A DNA stretch of 17,805 nucleotides, taken from NCBI GenBank assembly GCA_038850285.1, contig JAWCMA010000007.1, positions 30,890-48,694 on the forward strand. Reading direction: 5' to 3'. Source of the stretch: Methanocellales archaeon. Lineage in GTDB: Archaea > Halobacteriota > JAWCLZ01. Positions 1 to 7,243 of this stretch are shown in pieces. Both the position numbers and the translations under genes were made by a program. The stretch's first letter is position 1. Each line of letters starts with the position of its first letter. The notes below the pieces were generated by a model, which saw only the letters and a program-made list of their open reading frames with translations, had not been told where the DNA came from and searched no databases.

Positions 1-702
1 GGCTTTATATGCTGCAATCTCAAGAAAGCCATGACTCCCAATTAACAGCAATGGTTCTCCTTCTTTCACATCTGCATAAGTTCGAGCGTAAGATATTAAT
101 TGGCCTTTAAACGTCAGCTTATCACCTAATTTCAACTTCACCTTATTCCCAGGGATATTCGTAATTGCATTTCCAAATCCATCTATATAAATTATCCTTC
201 CCTCAATTGCTTTGCTTGAGACTTTTGCCTCTCCAAAGTTAACTTCCTTATAGTCTTGCAATAGCTTAAATTTCTCGATATCATAGCCCTTTGAAATCCT
301 AGCTGCAAGAGGAGCGAATGCATCTCTACCGTGGAAAGTTGGCGAGGAGTCTTTAACAGTTGGTATCTCATATACCCTGAAGCTCCCTAGCGATTTAGCC
401 GCAGGAATTAATAAGCCATTATCTGGGCCTATGAAATACTGCCCGCTTGCGGACTTAATTACTATGCCCCGCCTCGCTGTCCCAACTTCAGGGTCGACTA
501 CTGCTAGGTGTATGGTATTCGAGGGAAAATATTTAGCGGCGCAGAGAAGTGCGAATGCTCCAGCATTTATATTGTGGCGTGGAATGCTATGAGAAATATC
601 AACTATCTTTACATTGGGATTGATTTTAAGAATAACTCCTTTCATCTCTGCTTGATATAACTCGCCAAAGTCGGTGGTCAGAGTTATTATTTTTATTTTC
701 AT
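1..702 (-). CDS. SAM hydroxide adenosyltransferase / SAM-dependent chlorinase-fluorinase family protein (DUF62); 3' end runs off the window; missing from the ORF track
   Basis: Manual translation from ATG at 702 gives MKIKIITLTTDFGELYQAEMKGVILKINPNVKIVDISH...HLAVVDPEVGTARR...FIGPDNGLL...SPTFHGRDAFAP...IDGFGNAITNI...LIGSHGFLEIA, open to position 1. These are characteristic DUF62 motifs. Confidence 0.93.
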   Translation of the reverse strand, partial: MKIKIITLTTDFGELYQAEMKGVILKINPNVKIVDISHSIPRHNINAGAFALLCAAKYFPSNTIHLAVVDPEVGTARRGIVIKSASGQYFIGPDNGLLIPAAKSLGSFRVYEIPTVKDSSPTFHGRDAFAPLAARISKGYDIEKFKLLQDYKEVNFGEAKVSSKAIEGRIIYIDGFGNAITNIPGNKVKLKLGDKLTFKGQLISYARTYADVKEGEPLLLIGSHGFLEIAAYKA

Positions 703-714
703 GTTTTCATGTTA

Positions 715-1323
715 CTACAAACCAATTGTGCGTGCAATTAACTTATATATTTCAGCAAGTACAGCTTGCTCGAGCTCCTCTATGCTCTTTGTGGCATCTA
801 AAACTATAAAGCGCTTTGGCTCCCTCCTCGCTAGCGAGAGATAGTTCTCCCTCACTTTTTTCAAGAGCTCTATTTTTTCAAACTTCGTTTTGTTATCCCT
901 AATCTGGAGTCTAGCAAGAGCTCTCTCAGGTTCGAGGTCAAGCAGGAAGGTTAGATTTGGAGCTTCTGAGAATTCATCTTGAATTGACCTAATCCATTCA
1001 ATGGGATTTAAGATCACTCCTTCAAGCATAGCACCTTGATATGCGAGTCTGCTATCACTATAGCGATCTGAAATCACTAGTTTGCCTTCATTGATAGCTG
1101 GTCTTATAAACCTTGAAACATGCTCAGCGTGGTCTGCAATAAATAAAAAAAGCTCGACTAAGGGATCGATTTTGCTTGCAATTGCAAGTTTAACCACCTC
1201 TCCGGTCCAGAAACTCGTGGGCTCGGAAGTGAGTATTGCATTTCTATCCTTAAGTTTTTCAGCAACTCTCCTTGAGAGAGTGGTTTTGCCTGAACCATCG
1301 ATGCCTTCAAATGTAACTAGCAT
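715..1323 (-). CDS. tmk: Thymidylate (dTMP) kinase
   Basis: P-loop FEGIDGSGKTT, EP motif, LFxADH, SDRYSDSRLAYQG, ATG start. Confidence 0.96.
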   Translation of the reverse strand: MLVTFEGIDGSGKTTLSRRVAEKLKDRNAILTSEPTSFWTGEVVKLAIASKIDPLVELFLFIADHAEHVSRFIRPAINEGKLVISDRYSDSRLAYQGAMLEGVILNPIEWIRSIQDEFSEAPNLTFLLDLEPERALARLQIRDNKTKFEKIELLKKVRENYLSLARREPKRFIVLDATKSIEELEQAVLAEIYKLIARTIGL

Positions 1324-1372
1324 AATAAAAAATTACTTTTAAAGTACATAAAACTAAGGCATAATAAAAAAT
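1320..1372. repeat. 14-bp direct repeat GCATAATAAAAAAT (1320-1333 and 1359-1372) flanking the palindrome TACTTT-T-AAAGTA (1334-1346)
   Basis: Read directly from the sequence; the first copy contains the tmk start codon on the minus strand. Confidence 0.75.
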
Positions 1373-1392
1373 AAAAAGGAAAAAGGAAAAAT

Positions 1393-1407
1393 TTGATTTA
1401 AAATCAA
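1393..1407. promoter_or_regulatory. 7-1-7 palindrome TTGATTT-A-AAATCAA in the tmk/DUF1284 divergent region; candidate operator
   Basis: Perfect inverted repeat seen in sequence, containing a TTTAAAA TATA-like core. Function is inferred. Confidence 0.4.
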
Positions 1408-1467
1408 GGTCTAACCCTGGTGAGTATTCTGCAAGATTAAATATCCTTCAAAACATTATATCTTAAT

Positions 1468-1896
1468 GTGAATGCAATTCCAATACGAGGCCATCATTTA
1501 CTTTGCATTTTAGGATTCAAAGGAATTGGATACAGCGCGGAATTCGTGGAGAACTTAAGGCAAATAATTGCTTTACTTAAGATTAATCCAATTTTAAAGA
1601 TAGTTTGTGAATGTGATTCAATTTGCGCTCGATGTCCCTATATTAAAAATGGCAGGTGCAATAAATATCAGCGCGATTTAGAATTAGAGGTAAAAGAAAT
1701 GGATTTAAAGGTGCTGGGGAAGTTGAATTTAAAGATAAACACTGAACTCTCAGCTAGGCATGCCTTTGAATTGGTTAGAAGGCACGTGGATAAAAAGGAC
1801 TTACTGGAGATCTGCAGGAACTGCGAATTCCTAAAATTGAAATATTGCATTGAAGGGTTGGATAATGTAGCTAAATTCTCAGATATCTTTTTATAA
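1468..1896 (+). CDS. DUF1284 family Cys/His-rich putative metal-binding protein
   Basis: Signature IRGHHLLC..GFKGIGYSxEFVEN, DSICARCP, D..VL..L and C-terminal CRNCEF...C; GTG start. Confidence 0.85.
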   Translation: MNAIPIRGHHLLCILGFKGIGYSAEFVENLRQIIALLKINPILKIVCECDSICARCPYIKNGRCNKYQRDLELEVKEMDLKVLGKLNLKINTELSARHAFELVRRHVDKKDLLEICRNCEFLKLKYCIEGLDNVAKFSDIFL

Positions 1897-1931
1897 TGAA
1901 CTTGCTTTTTATTCATATCACGAGTGAGAAT

Positions 1932-2930
1932 ATGAAGAAAGTTGGTATAATCGGCGGCTCAGGCTATACCGGTGGAGAGCTCATTCGCTTGCTTATGATG
2001 CATCCTAAAGTGGAGATAGTTGCTATTACCTCAAAGAAGTTTAAGGATAAACCTGTGCATGCAGTGCATTCCTTCCTCAAAGCTTTTTCAAATTTAAGAT
2101 TCTCAGACCATGCAATTGAAGCAGTTGCAGACGCAGACTTAGTATTCACAGCCGTGCCCCACGGCACTGCGATGGACTATGTGCCTCAGCTTCTCGATGT
2201 GGGACTTAAGGTTGTGGATTTAAGCGCAGACTATAGATTGAGCGTGGAGGAGTTTGAGAAAATTTATGGGTTGAAGCATAAAGCACCTAGGCAAGCTGTT
2301 TATGGGCTAACTGAGTTGCATCCTGAGGTTAAGGATGCGAAACTGGTGGCGAATCCAGGCTGCTTCCCCACGGGTGCAGTTTTAGCGGTTGCACCTTTAT
2401 TCCTTGCTGGCGTTGTGGAGCGAGTGGTATTTGATTCAAAAACAGGTATCTCAGGCGCGGGAGCTGAGGCTACGCAGAGAACGCATTATCCAAATGTAGC
2501 TGAAAATGTAGTGCCATATAATATCACAACCCATCGTCATACTGCGGAGATCAGGCAGGAACTACTGCGCCTGGGAAGCGCGAAGATCAACTTCACCCCT
2601 CACATTGTGCCCGCTATACGCGGCATTCTTACCACTGCGCATATGTTTTTAAACACCGAGCTTGAAGCTGAGGAAATTCAAGGGATCTATGAAAATTGCT
2701 ATCGAGGAAAGCCATTCATAAGAATGAATACCCCTAGGCTTAGCGCTGTACGCGGATCTAACTTCTGCGACATTGCTTTTGAAGTGGATAAAGGCACGGA
2801 TCGCGTTGTAGTAATATCAGCTATAGATAACTTGGTCAAAGGGGCTGCGGGTCAAGCGATTCAGAATATGAATCTCATGCTTGGCTTTGAAGAAATAGAA
2901 GGCTTATGGATGCCTGCAACTGCGCCTTAG
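1932..2930 (+). CDS. argC: N-acetyl-gamma-glutamyl-phosphate reductase
   Basis: GGSGYTGGEL Rossmann motif, DLSADYR, catalytic ANPGCF, GISGAG, IDNLVKGAAGQAIQNMN. Start moved from 1896 to ATG 1932 (MKKVGIIG), which follows the SD-like GAGTGA. Confidence 0.96.
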   Translation: MKKVGIIGGSGYTGGELIRLLMMHPKVEIVAITSKKFKDKPVHAVHSFLKAFSNLRFSDHAIEAVADADLVFTAVPHGTAMDYVPQLLDVGLKVVDLSADYRLSVEEFEKIYGLKHKAPRQAVYGLTELHPEVKDAKLVANPGCFPTGAVLAVAPLFLAGVVERVVFDSKTGISGAGAEATQRTHYPNVAENVVPYNITTHRHTAEIRQELLRLGSAKINFTPHIVPAIRGILTTAHMFLNTELEAEEIQGIYENCYRGKPFIRMNTPRLSAVRGSNFCDIAFEVDKGTDRVVVISAIDNLVKGAAGQAIQNMNLMLGFEEIEGLWMPATAP

Positions 2931-2939
2931 GAGGAGAAT

Positions 2940-4118
2940 GTGAATGTGAAGATAATTGAGGGTGGAATTTGCGCTGTGAAAGGAGTAAAGGCTTTTGGAA
3001 TTAAAGAGGGCAAAAATGGGCTTGCAATTATAACTGGAGAGGGCACTGCAGCGGGAGTTTTCACTAAGAATAAGATCAAAGCCGCTCCAGTTTTAATCAC
3101 GCAGGAACATTTAAAGAGAGGTAAAGGTAGAATAAGCGCTATAGCGATAAACAGCGGGAGTGCAAATGCCTACACCGGCGAGCAGGGACTGCAGGATGCA
3201 AGGGAAATGGCTAAAATTGTGGCGGAGAAACTAGGTATGGAGGAGCAAAGCATAGCTCTAGCTTCAACTGGTGTAATTGGCAAGCCCTTAATTTTAGACT
3301 GGATAAAGGTAAATCTAGATAGAGTTATTCAAGGGCTAACTTCAGATCAAAGTGGGAGTGAAGCAGCTGCTAGGGCGATTATGACCACTGATACCAAGCT
3401 GAAGCAAATAGCTGTGGATATAGATGGAGTTAGAATAGCGGGCATCGCCAAGGGTGCTGGTATGATCGAACCAAACCTCGCAACCATGCTTGCTTTTATA
3501 TATACTGATGCTGCATTCCCAGCTAAGATTTTAAAGACTTGTTTGAGAAAAGCAGTGGATAAAAGTTTTAACATGATAGTGGTTGATGGCGATACAAGTA
3601 CCAATGATACCGTAATTTTAGCTGCAACTGGAAAGGCAGGTAAAATTGGGCTGCGCAGATTCCAACCTGCTTTGGAGTTTGTATGCATTGAACTTGCGAA
3701 GATGATTGTGAAGGATGGAGAGGGAGCCACTAAATTCATAGAGGTGAACATAACTAGCGCGAGAGCAACTCAAGATGCTAAGAGAGCTGCTAAAGCAATC
3801 GTGCGCTCGCCTCTTGTGAAGACAGCTTTCTTTGGGGCAGATCCAAACTGGGGTAGAATAATCTGTGCAATTGGCTACTCCAATGCTAGGCTTAATCCTA
3901 AGAAGATCAAGCTCAAACTCTCAGATCGCGGGAATGAAGTCACTCTTGTGGATAGAGGAAGGGTTTATAATGAGCTTTTGGATAAAGCGAAGCAAATTAT
4001 GTTGAATAGCGAGGTAGTAGTTAGCATTGACCTAGGTTTAGGTAGAGCAAGTGCAACTGCTTGGGGATGTGATTTAAGCTATGATTACATCACTATAAAT
4101 GGAAAATACACCACCTAG
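2940..4118 (+). CDS. argJ: Ornithine acetyltransferase / N-acetylglutamate synthase ArgJ
   Basis: NSGSANAYTG, ASTGVIG, IMTTDT, KGAGMIEPNLA|TML autoproteolysis site, DGDTSTND, DGEGATK, DPNWGRI. SD GGAGGAG upstream; start is GTG 2940 or GTG 2946. Confidence 0.97.
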   Translation: MNVKIIEGGICAVKGVKAFGIKEGKNGLAIITGEGTAAGVFTKNKIKAAPVLITQEHLKRGKGRISAIAINSGSANAYTGEQGLQDAREMAKIVAEKLGMEEQSIALASTGVIGKPLILDWIKVNLDRVIQGLTSDQSGSEAAARAIMTTDTKLKQIAVDIDGVRIAGIAKGAGMIEPNLATMLAFIYTDAAFPAKILKTCLRKAVDKSFNMIVVDGDTSTNDTVILAATGKAGKIGLRRFQPALEFVCIELAKMIVKDGEGATKFIEVNITSARATQDAKRAAKAIVRSPLVKTAFFGADPNWGRIICAIGYSNARLNPKKIKLKLSDRGNEVTLVDRGRVYNELLDKAKQIMLNSEVVVSIDLGLGRASATAWGCDLSYDYITINGKYTT

Positions 4119-4369
4119 TCAACGAAGATTACTCTCTCCCCTGATTGAGGCAGGCATTTCTCAAATGCAGCGAGGACAAAGCCATTGCTCCCGTGCGTGG
4201 AGATAATTTTCCCCTTGATCCGCTTGCCCTTACTGCTGCTCCAAACTATTTTTTTGCCTATGAACTTAGAGGCTTGATATTTATCCTTAACCCCAGCTAT
4301 CTTAACTAGGCATTGATTTCTACGCTGAGTATGCCTGCCCGAGCGATAGTTAACTACAACCCCTTCCAT
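4115..4369 (-). CDS. rpl35ae: 50S ribosomal protein L35Ae (eL33)
   Basis: GVVVNYRSGRHTQRRNQCLVKI.GV....A..FIGKKIVW...GKIISTHGSNG.V.A.F...LP matches L35Ae. ATG 4369 preferred over GTG 4378 because the SD-like AGGTGGGG lies just upstream. Confidence 0.9.
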   Translation of the reverse strand: MEGVVVNYRSGRHTQRRNQCLVKIAGVKDKYQASKFIGKKIVWSSSKGKRIKGKIISTHGSNGFVLAAFEKCLPQSGERVIFVD

Positions 4370-4388
4370 CTCCCCCACCTTAGTTATG

Positions 4389-5096
4389 TTATCCGAAGTC
4401 GATGTATTTTATAGCTATGAGTCTAACTATTTCAGCGGTTTCCTCAGCTTTATCAGCTATTTCCTCAAGTCTAACTATTATCTCCCTCAACTGATAGAAG
4501 GTCTTGAAATCAGTTTCCATATCAAAAAGATTTTTATATAACTTACGATATATCGCATCTGCTCGCTCCTCAATTTCTTCCACCGCGTGTGAAAGCTCGA
4601 TTGCCTTGCGCATGCTAGGACGCATCGCCAAAAGGGATTCCCGCAGCTTTTTAACAATCACCACATCCTCCCTCGCCAGCTCGAGGAGATTTTGCTTCAT
4701 TTCCTCATTGAGCTTGAACTTGCGCAAGAGAATTCTATAGGCTGCTCCCACAGCCATGTTTGCAATGTCATCTAAGCTTCTAACTAAATTCAAAAGATCT
4801 TCTCGATTAACAGGATAAATCCCCCCTCTGGAGAGTTCATTTAAAATCAAGCGCTTCATTTCATCTGCTTCTTTCTCAAGAGCTATCATTTCCTGCACTT
4901 CTTTTTCTGTTAGATCAAACTTCTCCTCAACATAAGAAGTAACAACATGCGGGAGGTTATCCACTACTGTTACCACTTTATCGATGTATATCCTTATCAT
5001 CTCAAGAACTGTTTCTTCCTTGGCTCTGCCCAGTGCTGCCACTGGATCAACTAAGCTGGATTCCTTAAGGGTTTTTTTAATTTCCTTGAACACCAT
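4389..5096 (-). CDS. DUF47 / TIGR00153 PhoU-like phosphate transport accessory protein (copy A)
   Basis: Helical protein with repeated LEKEAD / REDLLNL / LDDIAN and IEERAD / LEEIADKAEE motifs; lies directly downstream of the PiT gene. Confidence 0.9.
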   Translation of the reverse strand: MVFKEIKKTLKESSLVDPVAALGRAKEETVLEMIRIYIDKVVTVVDNLPHVVTSYVEEKFDLTEKEVQEMIALEKEADEMKRLILNELSRGGIYPVNREDLLNLVRSLDDIANMAVGAAYRILLRKFKLNEEMKQNLLELAREDVVIVKKLRESLLAMRPSMRKAIELSHAVEEIEERADAIYRKLYKNLFDMETDFKTFYQLREIIVRLEEIADKAEETAEIVRLIAIKYIDFG

Positions 5097-5134
5097 AGAT
5101 TGCCTCGAAATTTGAAATTAGATTACATTACCAT

Positions 5135-5142
5135 TATATAAA
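5135..5142 (-). promoter_or_regulatory. Archaeal TATA box (TTTATATA); possible internal promoter for DUF47-A and rpl35ae
   Basis: Minus strand reads GCATAAAA-TTTATATA about 40 bp upstream of ATG 5096; SD-like GAGG near the start. Confidence 0.5.
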
Positions 5143-5160
5143 TTTTATGCCATAAATAAA

Positions 5161-6411
5161 TTATGTAACTGCTATTGCGATTATCGAGTAAATTAGGATT
5201 GCAAATATCATGGTGGTGGGAATTGTAGCTATCCAAGAGGTCACGATGTCTCTCACCACCTTTATATTCAAAGCTTTTATTCCTCGAGCCAGTCCAACGC
5301 CAACTACAGCGCCTACGATTGCGTGCGTTGTTGAAATTGGCATGCCCAATTTTGAAGCTAATATTACAACAGTTGCAGCGCTGAATTGAGCGGCAAAGGC
5401 ATTATCCGGGGTGATTTCAGTGATCTTCTCGCTGATAGTGGCTATAACCTTATATCCCCAAGTTAAACAGCCAAGCGCCATGCCCACTCCTCCAAATGCA
5501 AGCATCCACCATTCGATTCCCACCCTCATGCTTACATCGCCAGTCATCATTATATTCAAAATTGCGGCAAATGGACCTATTGCATTTGCGATATCATTTG
5601 CTCCAATGCCAAAGGCAACGTATCCTCCAGTTAAAATTGCTAAATAGCCAAATAAAAGCTCCACTTGCCTGCTCTCAAATCTCACTTTCCTTTCAGCTGT
5701 TTTAAAGAGGATAGAGCTAGCTATATAAGCAAATCCACCTATTATAACACTTAACACTAGAGCACTTTCCATTGTGAGCATCTCCAGATTTTTAATGCCT
5801 TTGTATACTGCTGAAAAGCCAATTATGGCGAATACAATTCCAACCCAAAGTGGTCCGATTTTCTCAGCTCGCTTTATTGGTTTTCTAGCGCTAAATATAG
5901 ATTTATCGAGGCTCTTTAATACTATATAGGAAAGAATTGCTGCGAAAATAGGAGAAGTTATCCAACTTGTAGCGATGCTTAACACTATCATCATTTTTAT
6001 ATTTTGAATTCCAACAGAGATAATTCCAAATCCAACCACCGCTCCAACTATAGAGTGAGTTGTGGAAACTGGCAATCCATAATAAGTGGCAATTGCAACC
6101 CAAGTTGAAGCTGCTAGAAGTGCTGAGAGCATGCCCAAGGTTAATAGCATAGGTGATGCTTGAAAAAACGATGGATCGATTATTCCCTTTTGAATTGTTT
6201 CCGTAACACGTCTGCCAACGAAGACCGCTCCAAAGAACATAAGAAAAGTGCCGAGGAGAACTGCCTTTTTAGCTGACACCATACCGCTTCCAACAGATGT
6301 ACCCAGGGCATTTGCAAGGTCATTAGCTCCGATATTCCAAGCCATGAATAAGCCAGCGACTCCAGCTGCAGTTAATAGTGCGATGTCCTGCAATTTATAT
6401 CCCGAATACAA
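5161..6411 (-). CDS. Inorganic phosphate transporter, PiT (SLC20) family
   Basis: Two PiT signatures (GANDLAN, GANDIAN), GLPVSTTHSIVG and GMPISTTHAIVG, many TM segments. Start uncertain (TTG 6411 or TTG 6393). Confidence 0.95.
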   Translation of the reverse strand: MYSGYKLQDIALLTAAGVAGLFMAWNIGANDLANALGTSVGSGMVSAKKAVLLGTFLMFFGAVFVGRRVTETIQKGIIDPSFFQASPMLLTLGMLSALLAASTWVAIATYYGLPVSTTHSIVGAVVGFGIISVGIQNIKMMIVLSIATSWITSPIFAAILSYIVLKSLDKSIFSARKPIKRAEKIGPLWVGIVFAIIGFSAVYKGIKNLEMLTMESALVLSVIIGGFAYIASSILFKTAERKVRFESRQVELLFGYLAILTGGYVAFGIGANDIANAIGPFAAILNIMMTGDVSMRVGIEWWMLAFGGVGMALGCLTWGYKVIATISEKITEITPDNAFAAQFSAATVVILASKLGMPISTTHAIVGAVVGVGLARGIKALNIKVVRDIVTSWIATIPTTMIFAILIYSIIAIAVT

Positions 6412-6460
6412 TCATTTTGAGAAATCAAAAATCTTCCGAAAAAATCGTCAAAGTGGCGGA

Positions 6461-6490
6461 TAATTTAATTAGTAGTAATTATAAAATTAA
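6461..6490. promoter_or_regulatory. AT-rich divergent promoter region between PiT and DUF47-B; TTATAAAA at 6479-6486 reads TATA-like on both strands
   Basis: Short gap of about 90 bp between divergent starts; TATA-like sequence seen directly. Function is inferred. Confidence 0.4.
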
Positions 6491-6501
6491 AATTGAGATA
6501 A

Positions 6502-7170
6502 ATGGTATTTGAAAGACTGAGGAAAAGAGAAATTCAAGTTAGAGATAAGGAAGAACACGTGCTTGGAATGGTCCGGGTTTACATAAATGAGATAATTGGA
6601 GTTGTTGAGAAGCTCACGCCTTTAATCAATGCCTTTTGCGCTGAGAATGCTACTACCACGCAGAGGGAATTTCAGCATTTACTCAAACTTGAAAAGGAAG
6701 CAGATGGTACTCGAAAGGGGATATTGCTGGAGCTCTCTAGAGGTGGCAATTACCCCGTGAATAAAGAAGATCTGCTTCAGCTGATTAAAAGCCTTGCCGC
6801 TCTAGGCACTATAGCTGCAGGCATTGGATGCAGAGTTGTGATGAGGAGCTATTCTCTTCCAACTCAAATGAGAGAGCATCTCCTAGAGATGCTTGCCAAT
6901 GATCTAGAGCTCATATACAAACTGAGGGAAACCTTAATGGCAATGAGGCCAAGCATGCGCAGAGCAATCGAGTTCTCAACTGAAGTTGAAATGCTTGAGA
7001 GAAAATCCGATGGGATTTATCGAGTGCTCTATAGCGATCTCATGAATATAGATATCGACTTCAAATCATTTTCTCAACTTCGCGATATCATAATAGGCCT
7101 TGAGAACCTCGCTGATAGCGCCAAGGAATGTGCAGAGATTGTTCGACTAATAGCAGTGAAATATGTATAA
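6502..7170 (+). CDS. DUF47 PhoU-like protein (copy B, paralogue of 4389-5096)
   Basis: Shares blocks KEE.VL.M.R.YI, LEKEAD, ELSRGG.YPVN.EDLL, AMRPSMR.AIE, DFK.F.QLR.II and AEIVRLIA.KY with copy A. Confidence 0.9.
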   Translation: MVFERLRKREIQVRDKEEHVLGMVRVYINEIIGVVEKLTPLINAFCAENATTTQREFQHLLKLEKEADGTRKGILLELSRGGNYPVNKEDLLQLIKSLAALGTIAAGIGCRVVMRSYSLPTQMREHLLEMLANDLELIYKLRETLMAMRPSMRRAIEFSTEVEMLERKSDGIYRVLYSDLMNIDIDFKSFSQLRDIIIGLENLADSAKECAEIVRLIAVKYV

Positions 7171-7189
7171 AATGAGTAATAAGTAATAA

Positions 7190-7218
7190 GATAAATTTAA
7201 AATTTTAAATCACTTATC
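7190..7218. promoter_or_regulatory. Perfect 16-bp palindrome ATTTAAAATTTTAAAT (7195-7210), extendable by GATAA/TTATC; candidate promoter/operator or terminator
   Basis: Seen directly in the intergenic region between DUF47-B and the 7244 gene. Confidence 0.4.
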
Positions 7219-7243
7219 AATTAATCCATATCTCTGCGAAACC

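Noticed and set aside
1-702. Fluorinase/chlorinase (halogenating enzyme)
   Set aside because: The Asp-Arg-His motifs of hydrolytic DUF62 enzymes are present and no secondary-metabolite genes are nearby.
699-710. ATG AAA ACA TGA micro-ORF overlapping the DUF62 start on the minus strand
   Set aside because: It arises from a short CATGAAAA duplication in a 12-bp gap and is too short to support a function.
1896-1931. ORF-track N-terminal extension of argC, implying a TAATG overlap with DUF1284
   Set aside because: Family similarity begins at MKKVGIIG (ATG 1932), which has an SD-like sequence upstream.
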